Shown: piece after piece, positions 18,772-29,128 of the stretch
How positions within the stretch are numbered: position 1 is the stretch's first letter
Layout: every line of letters starts with the position of its first letter
Source: an uncultured virus (IMG/VR IMGVR_UViG_3300013137_002215)
Lineage: Duplodnaviria > Heunggongvirae > Uroviricota > Caudoviricetes
IMG/VR virus record: IMGVR_UViG_3300013137_002215
DNA length: 64,000 nucleotides
Direction: 5' to 3' (one strand)
The notes under the pieces: model-generated
Told to the model about the DNA's origin: nothing
Seen by the model: only the letters and a program-made list of their open reading frames with translations
Database searches by the model: none
Translations under genes and position numbers: made by a program

Positions 18772-21246
18772 TTATACAAAAGATTTAACCTTACTTAATC
18801 CAAATATTCCACCACTTTTTTCTATTGTTATTATATGCGGTAATAACTCATTAATTATATCCCTATGAGAAATAACAACCACCCTGCTAAATTTATCTTG
18901 TAATTTTGTTAATAATCTAAATACTCCATTAGTACGCGAAGGGTCCAAAGAAGCGAAGAGTTCGTCCATACAGATCATCTCAGGCTTTATAGCACAACGA
19001 GAAAATGATAATAGTGCTAGTCCTATATTCGTAGCAAGACGCACAATTGTTTGTTCACCGCCACTTAACATCTCATAACTATCTGCTGTACCGCCACTTA
19101 TAGATATGTCGATTTTAGACTTGTCATTTATACTACAACTCAAATTCATTTCTCCATCACTAAGAACATTTAAAAACTCTTTAATATAGCCGTTCAATAA
19201 AGGAAGGTATTTATTTACAATTCGTGTCTGTATGCCATCTAACCCCAATATCTCTTCTATTTTTATTAGACGATTAAACCTACCAATCTTTTCTTCAGAT
19301 TCTTTTTGTATTGTTTTTAGTTGTTCATTCAATTTCTTCATGTTTTCAATTTCATTAATAATAGAACCAATATCAGAATTACATTGACTAATTTCATACT
19401 CGTTAGATTCTATTGCCCTACGTTTTTCATTTAATACCGCATTGAGTTTTTCAGTATTAGATTTCAACAAATTATATCTGTTTCTCAACTCTTCAAATCT
19501 CTTTTCAGCCTCTTTCGTAGACTCCTTAAACTTACCATCTATTTCTTTTATATTCAGGTTTGCTTCGTTTATTTTTGCACAAAGAGTTTCAACTTCTTTA
19601 TTTAACACAACACAATCACTCTCTAATTCAACAACTGCTTTTTTCTTCAGATCAATTAGCTCTTTATCCTTTTCAAAAACAGTGGTGGCATTTTTAGCAT
19701 TACCTGATTTTAGAACCCATTCTTCTATCTTTTTTAATTTGCTCCTCAAATCCTCAATAGACTTATCATAATTTTTATTTTCGACATCTAAAGAGTTGAA
19801 TTTTAATTGAGATTCTTCTTTTTGTTTTGTATAGGATTGTATTTCGTTTTCTATGTGTTGCTTAGTTACCTTGCTTTTACACTTATCGCATTTAAATTCA
19901 TTACTATCACTATTTAATTGTATTTGTGACTCTAATGACTCTATTTCTTTTTTACACCTGTTAATATTGCCAGTTTCTGACCCGATATTTTCAGAGTTTT
20001 TATTCTTTTTTTGAATTATATCATTTAACTCAGTCTCAAATTGCTCTTTATAGCCCATTGCCCTTGTAGCTTTAGAAATAATATCTTTATTTTCCTCTAT
20101 ATTGAACGAACCTACACTCTTCTCCTTTTCAATTATAAAAGCCTTTTGAGAGGTAATATTATTATTTAAGCTGTTCAACTTATTTCTTTTCTCAAATTGA
20201 CTATTATTGCTCTCTTTTAATATGTTTTCCCATACTACAGCCTGATTCTTTTTAACGCTCTCTTTTTCCGTCATTTCTGCTTTTAATTTTCGTCCTTCTT
20301 CTTCTATCAACTTCAATTCTTTAATATCGTCGTTATTCTCTAATTTAGATATTTCTTGTCTTATTGCATTTAAATCAGAATTAAGTTTAGATATTTTTGT
20401 TTTATTCTGAGAAATTGTATTATTAAGTTCTTCAACAGTTTTCTTTTTTGACAACTCGTTCTGTAAAAGTTCTATGTTGTTGTTCGTTTTAGTTACTTCT
20501 TTTTCCAAATCGTTTTTTATATCTCTCGTTTTTTGTAAACAACCAGAAATGACCTCTTCCATTCTAAGTAGGTTTACGATCATTTCTTTGCGTACTTTAT
20601 CGGTTCCAGTTAAAAATCTGCCAGCATCATTTTGTCCAAACATGATAGAATTGACAAATATCTCATAATCATTAAATAATATGTCCGAAATAGATTTTTT
20701 AGTATCCTTGGTTCTATGTCCCGAAAGACTTTCCTTATCACTCAGGCACTCAAATTCTAAAAATGGTTCACTGGTTTTATGATTTTTAGAAAAGTGACGA
20801 CCTCTTTTAACCCGATATAATTTTTCTCTTTCTTCAAAAAACAATTCCACATACGATTCACGAACATGGTCGGGTATTTTTCCATTAAACCTAGTAACTA
20901 CAGACAGTCCAGCAATATTTGTTTTTTCCATTAAATTTCTACGTATTATTTGATCATATAATGCATAACATATAGCCTCAAAAATAGTACTTTTACCAGA
21001 ACCATTAGATCTATTCAAATCACCATTCTGCATTCCACAAATACCAATTATTTCATTAATATTTCTAGCTTTTATTTCTTTTATTTTGGCAACCGGATCT
21101 TTTATTAATCCATCATAAACTTGATCCATTGTTGTTTTATTTTCAGATAATGCAGACATTTCTTCTGGAGAACAATCAAAGACTATGGTGTTGTTTTCTT
21201 CTCCAAAACGAAGAAAATTATAAAGCTTTATTGCGTAAGCTTGCAT
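18772..21246 (-). CDS. sbcC: SbcC/Rad50 SMC-like ATPase
   Basis: NGSGKST, FGQ, coiled coil with CDKC hook, LSGGE, MDE..SLD, ISH. Confidence 0.92.
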   Translation of the reverse strand: MQAYAIKLYNFLRFGEENNTIVFDCSPEEMSALSENKTTMDQVYDGLIKDPVAKIKEIKARNINEIIGICGMQNGDLNRSNGSGKSTIFEAICYALYDQIIRRNLMEKTNIAGLSVVTRFNGKIPDHVRESYVELFFEEREKLYRVKRGRHFSKNHKTSEPFLEFECLSDKESLSGHRTKDTKKSISDILFNDYEIFVNSIMFGQNDAGRFLTGTDKVRKEMIVNLLRMEEVISGCLQKTRDIKNDLEKEVTKTNNNIELLQNELSKKKTVEELNNTISQNKTKISKLNSDLNAIRQEISKLENNDDIKELKLIEEEGRKLKAEMTEKESVKKNQAVVWENILKESNNSQFEKRNKLNSLNNNITSQKAFIIEKEKSVGSFNIEENKDIISKATRAMGYKEQFETELNDIIQKKNKNSENIGSETGNINRCKKEIESLESQIQLNSDSNEFKCDKCKSKVTKQHIENEIQSYTKQKEESQLKFNSLDVENKNYDKSIEDLRSKLKKIEEWVLKSGNAKNATTVFEKDKELIDLKKKAVVELESDCVVLNKEVETLCAKINEANLNIKEIDGKFKESTKEAEKRFEELRNRYNLLKSNTEKLNAVLNEKRRAIESNEYEISQCNSDIGSIINEIENMKKLNEQLKTIQKESEEKIGRFNRLIKIEEILGLDGIQTRIVNKYLPLLNGYIKEFLNVLSDGEMNLSCSINDKSKIDISISGGTADSYEMLSGGEQTIVRLATNIGLALLSFSRCAIKPEMICMDELFASLDPSRTNGVFRLLTKLQDKFSRVVVISHRDIINELLPHIITIEKSGGIFGLSKVKSFV

Positions 21247-21551
21247 TATATTTGTGCGCCCAAATCTATATATTCTTTAACATCTCCGTTAGAGGCAATT
21301 TTAGTATCTTCGTAATCACCGACTAGTCTTCTATAAAGTTCTAATTGTACACATTGCAAAGCACCTATAATGTCATTTATTTTTGAATATCTAATATCGT
21401 TTTTCATAGATGCCAAAACAATACGAGTTATAATATAATTTAATAATCCGCCTCTTTGTGTTTCCAAAGTATCTATATTGATTAATTTGGAAATAACTTG
21501 ATTTATCGCATCGTCTAATATTTCTCTCTCTCTTTCGGCTATATAGGGCAT
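21246..21551 (-). CDS. conserved phage hypothetical protein
   Basis: MPYI..R, G.LNY.IT, LELYRR..YED.KI..NGDV. Confidence 0.7.
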   Translation of the reverse strand: MPYIAEREREILDDAINQVISKLINIDTLETQRGGLLNYIITRIVLASMKNDIRYSKINDIIGALQCVQLELYRRLVGDYEDTKIASNGDVKEYIDLGAQI

Positions 21552-21552
21552 G

Positions 21553-22797
21553 TTAACCTTCCATTTCTATTTTAACGCTATCCCAAATCTCATCTACAAT
21601 TTTACCCATCTTTTCAGACTCTTCTGGAGTTTCTTTTTCTTTAATTACCTCTTTAACAATACTGATTACATCTATATCTTCAAAATGCCCCTTGCTTAAA
21701 ATCTCTTTTTCAAGTTCTGTTGCTTTTTGTTCCAGTTCGTCGTCTGTTACTTTTTTTACATCATACAGATAAATAGGATGCAACTTGGACGTTATATCTT
21801 TTACTAATTCATCATAACCAGATACGTATTCCAATTTCTCATTATTATTTCCAACGAAGTATATTTTAACAATCGCATCTTTATATTTGTTGGCATCCAC
21901 TTCAGATAACTGTTGTTTTATTTTCTCCATTGTGCCTTTAACTTCAAGCATAGGACGACAGTTTGTATATTTAATAAAGGTACACTTACCCATTTCCTTA
22001 TTAACTTGTGCATCGGAGTCATAAACTATAAAACCCTTATCATGATCTTTTTCTGTTATGTCGGTTCTTTCAATACTGCCCGAATACATAGAAATACATT
22101 TTTTTGTCGGTAACACTTGAAACTTATGATAGTCTCCAAGAAAAACATATTCTGCACCAATAGAATCTAAATCATCCATGGTTATTGTGTTTTCGCCTCT
22201 ACCCAGTATGTCTTTTTGAGTAGAAATATCCAAATTACTTAGTTCTTCATTATCTTCAGTATAAGTGTTTATTTTTGCACCCTGAACTCCAAAATGCCCA
22301 AAGAATATTTTAGGTAAATCGTTTTCTTTTTTAGATTGCTCTACGAAACTATGAAACTCGTCTCTTATTTTAACTTTTTGTCTTTCTACGTCCAAAGAAT
22401 AAGGAAATAATAATAAACGAAAACCCTTAAATTTATGGGTGCAAGGTGTATCAACCACTTTAACATACTTTAAATCTAATGCTTTTAATGGCTGTAAAGG
22501 GAAGTGATTTTTACAAATATCATGATTGCCTACGAGTATAATAACGGGAATATTGGCTCTATTTAATGATTCTAACCATGAATTCAAAAACGCTCTAATA
22601 GTATTACTTGGATTATCGGTATCATATGTGTCGCCATTTAGAACCATTAAATCAGGTTTTATAGTATTAATACATTCGTTACACATAAAACTGAAACTGT
22701 TCATAAAGTCTAAATTTCTAAAAGGAACGCCATTTACCATAGCGGATTTATAATTAGACTTGTTTAAATGACAATCAGCTATAACGGCAACCTTCAT
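21553..22797 (-). CDS. sbcD: SbcD/Mre11 nuclease
   Basis: ADCHL, GDTYD, GNHD, LGDYH, YSGS. Confidence 0.9.
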   Translation of the reverse strand: MKVAVIADCHLNKSNYKSAMVNGVPFRNLDFMNSFSFMCNECINTIKPDLMVLNGDTYDTDNPSNTIRAFLNSWLESLNRANIPVIILVGNHDICKNHFPLQPLKALDLKYVKVVDTPCTHKFKGFRLLLFPYSLDVERQKVKIRDEFHSFVEQSKKENDLPKIFFGHFGVQGAKINTYTEDNEELSNLDISTQKDILGRGENTITMDDLDSIGAEYVFLGDYHKFQVLPTKKCISMYSGSIERTDITEKDHDKGFIVYDSDAQVNKEMGKCTFIKYTNCRPMLEVKGTMEKIKQQLSEVDANKYKDAIVKIYFVGNNNEKLEYVSGYDELVKDITSKLHPIYLYDVKKVTDDELEQKATELEKEILSKGHFEDIDVISIVKEVIKEKETPEESEKMGKIVDEIWDSVKIEMEG

Positions 22798-22990
22798 TGT
22801 GCTTGTCCAATTTGTTTTGATATTCTATTAAGAGACCATCTATTGTTTTATAAGCTTTTTGTATGAGCGCACGAACTACTCCTTGAGGATCTTTAAATTC
22901 CACATTAACTCTTGGGTCTATCGCTGCGGTAACAATATTCAATTGCGCCAAAGCATCACATAGTTTTGAATATTCCTCTTTTTTCATCAT
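22775..22990 (-). CDS. hypothetical protein
   Basis: ORF overlapping both neighbours. Confidence 0.5.
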   Translation of the reverse strand: MMKKEEYSKLCDALAQLNIVTAAIDPRVNVEFKDPQGVVRALIQKAYKTIDGLLIEYQNKLDKHNEGCRYS

Positions 22991-23334
22991 GCGCCTTCAT
23001 TTTGCCATTCTGCAATCATTCTGGCAAAAGATTTACCCTGAACATATTCTACATTCTCTATGACTTTAATGGGTTTTCTAAATGCAAATGCTATTCCTAA
23101 ATCAAAATGAGATCCTTGACTTTCAGGATTATAAAATATATGAATTTCATCTGCCCATTCTATTGCTGCCCTATTTTGCTTACAAATTTCTATTCCCCTG
23201 CCATCTTGTTTAGTATCTCTATGTGGTAAATGAACTTCGTGCCCATCATTTTCTAATTTTGCAACATATTCTTCAAGGTTTTTTTTATAATCTTCTGTTG
23301 CTTTTCTAACCGTACATGTTATATATATTTTCAT
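22987..23334 (-). CDS. nucleoside 2-deoxyribosyltransferase-like protein
   Basis: MKIYI, VHLPHRD, AIEWAD, GSHFDLGIAFA.KP; leaderless start. Confidence 0.7.
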   Translation of the reverse strand: MKIYITCTVRKATEDYKKNLEEYVAKLENDGHEVHLPHRDTKQDGRGIEICKQNRAAIEWADEIHIFYNPESQGSHFDLGIAFAFRKPIKVIENVEYVQGKSFARMIAEWQNEGA

Positions 23335-23341
23335 AGTCATA

Positions 23342-23938
23342 TTATACAGATTGCAAAACAAATCCCGCTTTGATTGCAACAGCCCTAATATCATCCTTAA
23401 ATTGTTGTTTTATTAATTTGCCTTCTTCCATATATTCTTTTCTAAGCACATAAGATGGGTGCAATGTGGGCATACAATCAATGCCATTAAATTTAAACCA
23501 CTGCCCTCTTAGTTTTGTAATACCTGTTAGATTAAGAAGATATTTGGTTGGAGTGGCACCAATTAACAAAATATATTTTGGTTTTAACAGTTCTATTTCC
23601 GTATATAGCCATTTTTCACAACACGATCTAACTAATTGTTCGTCTGTTGGAAATTTATTATCTAATGGACGACAAGGAATGGTGTTGGTAATAATTGAGT
23701 TATTTTTTCTGAAACCAAATTCGTTCAAAGTAGCTCTAAGTAATTTACCTGCTTTACCTACGAACGGTTTACCAATATCGACTTCTGAACTTCCAGCCGC
23801 CTCGCCTACTACCATAACCGTTGGATTTGTCGTATTGCCATCACTTAAAACAACCTTATTATAACATTTTCCTATTTCACAACCTCTACATTGAGATTTT
23901 GCATTATTAAAATCATTATAATTAGTGAATTTTAACAT
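23342..23938 (-). CDS. uracil-DNA glycosylase family 4
   Basis: CRGC, VGEA.G..E, GKPFVGKAG, CRP..N, LHPSY. Confidence 0.92.
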   Translation of the reverse strand: MLKFTNYNDFNNAKSQCRGCEIGKCYNKVVLSDGNTTNPTVMVVGEAAGSSEVDIGKPFVGKAGKLLRATLNEFGFRKNNSIITNTIPCRPLDNKFPTDEQLVRSCCEKWLYTEIELLKPKYILLIGATPTKYLLNLTGITKLRGQWFKFNGIDCMPTLHPSYVLRKEYMEEGKLIKQQFKDDIRAVAIKAGFVLQSV

Positions 23939-23946
23939 ATTAAATA

Positions 23947-23983
23947 TAAAAGGCGTTCTAATTTATCATTAGAACGCCTTTTA
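23947..23983. terminator. intrinsic terminator (bidirectional)
   Basis: TAAAAGGCGTTCTAAT / ATTAGAACGCCTTTTA perfect inverted repeat after the SpoVS gene. Confidence 0.85.
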
Positions 23984-23994
23984 TTAAGAATTAA

Positions 23995-24897
23995 TTATAA
24001 TTCGTTAGTATAGGCATAGAACCCAATTCCAGTTCTTTCCTGCCCACCTATATTAGCTGTAATGAATGTAGGGAAACAATATAGATCTGGTCCACGAGTA
24101 GCAGTAATACCACGAGCAATTGCAAGAGCCTTAGAAGCCTTACCAATTGTCGCATGTCCAAAACAGCGCACAAACACCTCTTTATTTTCTTCCAATGAGT
24201 GTGCAATTGCTCCAGCTAATTTCCTAACCTTATTACGCCTTTCTTCTGGATCAATATCTTTCTTGTCAGCAACCACTTTTAATATACTCTTACACTTATT
24301 AGGATCTACGTCCATAATCTTTTCAGATACAAACGTAATAAAACGAATACCAGTTAGCTCGTTATCGTTAATTTTTGTAGTAATAAAAGCTGGAGAACAA
24401 GACAGTTGAAGTTTCTGTACCTCAACATACTTTTTAGCAATAGCAATAGCCTTAGCACCCTTAGAAATTGCAGGATTGCCAAAACAACGAATACTTACTT
24501 CGCCATTAGACCTTAAAGAATGGCTGATTGCACCCGCTAACTTTTTAACCCTTCTTTTCTTTTCTTCGGGATCAATATCGGGTTCGTCTGCTTTAACCTT
24601 TAAATTAGCAGCACCGCCCTCTTGAGTAGCTGGCAGCTGACCACTTTCTTTAACGGGAGACTTGGGCGCATCAACAACCTTCGTATCTTCACCCTCATCT
24701 TCTTTTAAATTACCAATATTATCATTTTCTTCTTCCGTTACTTCTACTTTTTCTACAGGTTTAATTTCTGTTTTAACTTCGGGCTTAACTTCTACCTTAG
24801 CTTCAGTTTTAACCTCTGTTTTTACTTCTGCTACTACTTCCGTTTTAACTACATTTTCCTTAGTTTCATTTGTACTCTGATCATTTGATTCGCTCAT
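23995..24897 (-). CDS. tandem SpoVS-domain protein with low-complexity acidic N-terminus
   Basis: Two copies of LKV...KLAGAI.HSL..EV..RCFG..I.K..KA.AIA...P.FIT..I...E.TGI; (E)VKT/PE repeats. Confidence 0.85.
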   Translation of the reverse strand: MSESNDQSTNETKENVVKTEVVAEVKTEVKTEAKVEVKPEVKTEIKPVEKVEVTEEENDNIGNLKEDEGEDTKVVDAPKSPVKESGQLPATQEGGAANLKVKADEPDIDPEEKKRRVKKLAGAISHSLRSNGEVSIRCFGNPAISKGAKAIAIAKKYVEVQKLQLSCSPAFITTKINDNELTGIRFITFVSEKIMDVDPNKCKSILKVVADKKDIDPEERRNKVRKLAGAIAHSLEENKEVFVRCFGHATIGKASKALAIARGITATRGPDLYCFPTFITANIGGQERTGIGFYAYTNEL

Positions 24898-24967
24898 TTT
24901 ATACTCCCTTTATTTGTTTGTATTTATTAACCTATTAACATTGGTTTATATATTATACACTACAAAA

Positions 24968-25891
24968 TTAAACATTAATCTCATTTATATTATCTTCTAT
25001 GCCTAAACAATATAAATACCTTAATTTTTCATTCCTTATTTTTCTAATATTCTTTAAAATATAATCCGTTTCCGATGTTTTTAAAAGCTCTATAACATAG
25101 GTGAGTTTATTATTAGAAATATTACAGTCTATTAAATCAAATTCATTACCCTCTATATTTGCAATAATACTCATGATACTTGGTATATTGTGTTTAATAC
25201 TTTCTATCTCTTTATCACTCAAACCAACACTACCACGTCTTGTCTTTAAATCCCTAATTATACTTGATACACTATGCCCTTCGCTGATTTTAGTAAAGAA
25301 ACTTTTCATAATAGTGTCATCATCAGATAATACATTCACAGTTTCCTCTAACAGCATTTTATCAACAGGATTAAAGTGTCCAATCATACAATCGTCGGCA
25401 ACTATCTTCTTCAAATCGGCATTATCTTCGTTTTTACTATAATACTCATAATCCAAAGATAATGTCTGATTATTCTGAATCACTTCGCCCTCATTATCAA
25501 TTTGTGCAATAGGAGTTCTTTTCTGTGCGTTTTTACTGGTTATAATATTGACTATCCTGTTCAAAACTGAAGTATAAAAATACGTGTTAAATTGCGTTTT
25601 TAATAATTTGGTTTTACCGTTAACAACTTTCGTTCTTTCTTTTTGGTATCCGTTAACACAATTAACAAATATAACATTTAAAAACCCATACATGTCTTCT
25701 TTACCATCATATAAATGAGCATATTTTTTTGATAAATATTTAAGTGTTGGAATACGATTGACATATATCTTTTCAAAGATCTTAGTATCTTTTGTTTTTT
25801 GAAATGTTATCACATCACTATCTTCTTCATCACGATTTATAAAAAACTTAACGTGTTTATCTATCTTGCTTAATTTATCAATACTTAACAT
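24968..25891 (-). CDS. divergent sigma70-family-like factor
   Basis: EDMY..FVNCVNGY...FNTYFYTSVLNRI..KR..SLD region-2/3-like pattern. Confidence 0.55.
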   Translation of the reverse strand: MLSIDKLSKIDKHVKFFINRDEEDSDVITFQKTKDTKIFEKIYVNRIPTLKYLSKKYAHLYDGKEDMYGFLNVIFVNCVNGYQKERTKVVNGKTKLLKTQFNTYFYTSVLNRIVNIITSKNAQKRTPIAQIDNEGEVIQNNQTLSLDYEYYSKNEDNADLKKIVADDCMIGHFNPVDKMLLEETVNVLSDDDTIMKSFFTKISEGHSVSSIIRDLKTRRGSVGLSDKEIESIKHNIPSIMSIIANIEGNEFDLIDCNISNNKLTYVIELLKTSETDYILKNIRKIRNEKLRYLYCLGIEDNINEINV

Positions 25892-26566
25892 TTATAACCT
25901 CCAGCATTCTTTCTTATAATCACACATTTCACACTCTTTAGAAATTTTCGCATATGGCTTTTCTGGTATTTTTCCTAATAATTTGTGGTCACTTAAAAAT
26001 TGACACTTGGACTTAATAGCATTTATTATCTCATTATTAGGAAGAACATGTAATATATATGTCTGATTAAATCCATCATATATTAAAATGCCATTTTCAA
26101 TTTCTGAAAGCCACATATTTGAAACGAGTTCTACTATGTCGTTTCTAAAACCTTTCTTTTGCCTTACATCTGTTACATCGCTTTCTTTCTTCAGTTGTTT
26201 TATCATCACGCAATAAGGCTGATCATCAAATTTTACAATAAAATCGACTATTCCCTTTAATGAATAATTCCAGTCAGAAACCTCCTTATTAACAGTTATT
26301 AATTCCAAATTAGAATCGCTCAATTTAAAACATTCTTCCCACTTAAAACTATAAGGATATTCATATGCTACACTATTTACTACATGTGTATTATTTGAAT
26401 CTTTTATTAATCTTCGTGGACATTTAGTTATTTTAGAAGTCCAGAATGAAGAGCTAACCTGTGATTTATTTTTGTTTATAATAAGACGCTCTACCAGAGA
26501 CAAGATTACACCACTAATCTTATTATCTTCAATTACAAAAACAGGATCTGTTTTTTCATTATCCAT
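25892..26566 (-). CDS. Cas4-like/PD-(D/E)xK nuclease family protein
   Basis: KCPRR, GIVDFIV, C-terminal CEMCDYKKEC. Confidence 0.6.
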   Translation of the reverse strand: MDNEKTDPVFVIEDNKISGVILSLVERLIINKNKSQVSSSFWTSKITKCPRRLIKDSNNTHVVNSVAYEYPYSFKWEECFKLSDSNLELITVNKEVSDWNYSLKGIVDFIVKFDDQPYCVMIKQLKKESDVTDVRQKKGFRNDIVELVSNMWLSEIENGILIYDGFNQTYILHVLPNNEIINAIKSKCQFLSDHKLLGKIPEKPYAKISKECEMCDYKKECWRL

Positions 26567-27350
26567 TGATTTCTTTTTGAATATTTTTAATCTCGTTATG
26601 TGTTAATTTTCGTTCTAAAGACAAAAATTTATTTAATCCATTTTGAGCCATATAAACATCGGGATCTTGACCTATTGGAATGCCCTCTATACATGAAATA
26701 TTCTTTACAAAATTAAATTTACTGATCGTGGCAACAGACTTTTTAAATGCCTTTTCTCCCGCTTTATTTTCATCAGAATCAAAACAAAAACAAATATTTT
26801 CACAATATCTTGCCAAAAGTCCTATTTTCCTCAAAGTTAAAGCTATACCCATTATTCCACAAGTATTAACTAATCCATATTGATTTAGAATAATGCCATC
26901 AACATATCCCTCTACTAAATATGCCTTGTTGTACTTAAATATACTTTTTCTAGCCTTATCTAGCAAGTAAAAATGATTTCTTTTTTCAAATGGATATGGT
27001 AAATTCCACCAAAAATTACCTTTTTCAGTTGATGGTGTTCTAGTAGCAAAAGCAATCATTTCATTAAATTCCGAAAATATAGGAACAATTAACTTACCTT
27101 TTATATATTTTAAATTATCAAATCTGTTTTTTGAATCACTTCCATAGTAACGCATATCTTTTGGAATATATAAATTATGAGGACAATAACCAATCATGTG
27201 TGTTCTTATAGAATCTTCATTAATAAAACGATTTTTGACGTATTCTTTAACGTTTTTTACTTCGTCTATATTTGAAGAAAGCAATACTTTATTACAGTCT
27301 TCAACGAATTCAACCATGCTCTTCATAGATTTTATGACTATTAAAAACAA
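26559..27350 (-). CDS. dnaG: DNA primase catalytic/TOPRIM core
   Basis: IGYCP, LIVPI..FATR, LVEGYVD, FDSDENKAG, QDPD; no N-terminal CHC2 finger. Confidence 0.85.
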   Translation of the reverse strand: MFLIVIKSMKSMVEFVEDCNKVLLSSNIDEVKNVKEYVKNRFINEDSIRTHMIGYCPHNLYIPKDMRYYGSDSKNRFDNLKYIKGKLIVPIFSEFNEMIAFATRTPSTEKGNFWWNLPYPFEKRNHFYLLDKARKSIFKYNKAYLVEGYVDGIILNQYGLVNTCGIMGIALTLRKIGLLARYCENICFCFDSDENKAGEKAFKKSVATISKFNFVKNISCIEGIPIGQDPDVYMAQNGLNKFLSLERKLTHNEIKNIQKEING

Positions 27351-27360
27351 ATTTATTGAT

Positions 27361-27564
27361 TTATTTCAATATACATGTTTCGCAGAACAATGGTCCTGTT
27401 GGATCATTTGGTTTGGTATAAAAGTCACACAACGGTTCACATCTGGCTATCAATCCACAAACAGAACACTTACATATTTTATATCTTAGATCGGTTCCCC
27501 CATGAGTAATAGGAGAATTATATACATTATCAAAAACCTTATTCTGAACAGTCTTAGATTTCAC
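27361..27564 (-). CDS. small cysteine-rich hypothetical protein
   Basis: CSVC...CETC. Confidence 0.45.
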   Translation of the reverse strand: MKSKTVQNKVFDNVYNSPITHGGTDLRYKICKCSVCGLIARCEPLCDFYTKPNDPTGPLFCETCILK

Positions 27565-27620
27565 AATATTTTTTCTTGACTATCTAAAGACAATATTATT
27601 TGAAAGACAAAAACTTGTAG

Positions 27621-28856
27621 TTATTTGTCTTCAACGTCTTCTTGTTCGTTAACATGGGCATCATCATCACTAGTAGGTTCTCCATCTTCAATTTTCTTAA
27701 TTTGAATTGGATTATCTTTGTTTGCCAGTTCAGGAGCAACAATCTTAGTTTTATCTTCAAGCATTTCCAATATTTTTTCATCTAATGGCTCCGCAGTAGG
27801 ATCTTCTTTAAGTTCTTCAGCCAGTGCATTAATTAATTCTACAACCTTATTATTGTTAACCATCCAGTTAGCTAGTTCCAACATAGTAGCAGAACCAGTT
27901 TCAATTGGTTTAGCATTATCTAATACATCTTTGGCTATCCTTAAAAGTCCACCATATACAGTAACAAGTTTATTACTTTTCAATTCATTTGCTAACATAA
28001 CAACTGGATTTAGGGCATTAGAATCAAAGATTATAGTAAACTCACATTGTCCATAAGGTCTTCCGGTCTTATTTTTAACAAATTTAACCACACTGTTTTG
28101 TCCAACAACAACTTCCCGTCCATTTTCTTTAACAGTAATAGTTCCCTTAGTTCCCTTTTTAGCTATTCTAATTCTCTGATGTGAATAGAACTTTAATGCT
28201 TTACCACCAGGAGTGGTTTCAGGGTTCCCATACATGACACCTATTTTATCACGAACTTGATTAATGAATACGCATGTTGTATCTGTTAATCCACACGCAG
28301 TACATATTTTTCTGCAACCACGAGATAACAATAATGCTTGCGCACCAACTCGTGCGTTATCTTCAAGCGTTCCTTCTAATTCAGATTTTGGAGTCAACGC
28401 CGCCGTACTATCGATAACTACCAATCCAAAAGTACCACTTTCTATAACCCTATAAATATACTCTAGTGCCTGTTCACCGCATGAAAAAGCATTTCCAACC
28501 CATAATTTTTTAACATCTACGCCATGTTTTGTTGCCCACACAGGATCAAATGACTGTTCTACATCTGCCAAAAGACATTCCAATCCCATTTTTTGAGCCT
28601 GTGCTATTAAAAACAAGGAAATAAGACTTTTTCCACTTGATTCCGGACCAAATATTTCAATAATTTTACCCCTTGGAACTCCCCCACAATAACTTGCGTC
28701 ATCTAAATCCTTAATGCCAAAAGGTACTACATCTACTTTAACATCTAAAACATTCCCATAACGAGAAATTAATGGGGTTGGCGCTTTTTCCAGTCCCATT
28801 GATTTTTCAATATTCTTTACAACCGCTTCCATTGAGTCTAAACTTTTCTTAGGCAT
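27621..28856 (-). CDS. recA: RecA recombinase
   Basis: GGVPRGKIIEIFGPESSGKS, VIDS, FINQVRDKIGVMYGNPETTPGGKALKFY. Confidence 0.97.
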   Translation of the reverse strand: MPKKSLDSMEAVVKNIEKSMGLEKAPTPLISRYGNVLDVKVDVVPFGIKDLDDASYCGGVPRGKIIEIFGPESSGKSLISLFLIAQAQKMGLECLLADVEQSFDPVWATKHGVDVKKLWVGNAFSCGEQALEYIYRVIESGTFGLVVIDSTAALTPKSELEGTLEDNARVGAQALLLSRGCRKICTACGLTDTTCVFINQVRDKIGVMYGNPETTPGGKALKFYSHQRIRIAKKGTKGTITVKENGREVVVGQNSVVKFVKNKTGRPYGQCEFTIIFDSNALNPVVMLANELKSNKLVTVYGGLLRIAKDVLDNAKPIETGSATMLELANWMVNNNKVVELINALAEELKEDPTAEPLDEKILEMLEDKTKIVAPELANKDNPIQIKKIEDGEPTSDDDAHVNEQEDVEDK

Positions 28857-28873
28857 TTTTATTTCCTTATTTT

Positions 28874-29068
28874 TTAATAAACGGACCCCACACGATTCCA
28901 ACACGACTCATGAATATAGATGTTTTGTGCGTTATCTAACCGCGAAGACACTACGTTAATCATTAATTCTGGCTCATGATTAGGGTCACTGGCGTAAAAC
29001 ATAGCCCTCTTACACACTGGACAAATAACGGGCCTGATCAATTTTCTATCAATGCCTGATTTTTTCAT
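28874..29068 (-). CDS. small zinc-binding hypothetical protein
   Basis: CPVC...HESC. Confidence 0.5.
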   Translation of the reverse strand: MKKSGIDRKLIRPVICPVCKRAMFYASDPNHEPELMINVVSSRLDNAQNIYIHESCWNRVGSVY

Positions 29069-29092
29069 TAGAAACCCTAAATCAGATCATAA

Positions 29093-29128
29093 TTAGAACA
29101 ACTCTTAGAACAACTTTTAGAACAACTC
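29093..29128. repeat. 12-bp tandem repeat TTAGAACAACTY x3
   Basis: Read directly; repeats the last three codons and stop of the SSB-like gene. Confidence 0.9.

Noticed and set aside
6725..24897. Firm host assignment to spore-forming Firmicutes from SigH and SpoVS
   Set aside because: Both families occur outside sporulators and these copies are divergent; phylogeny or spacer matches are needed.
25892..26566. CRISPR-Cas system suggested by the Cas4-like gene
   Set aside because: No array or other cas genes; stand-alone Cas4-like nucleases are common in phage replication regions.
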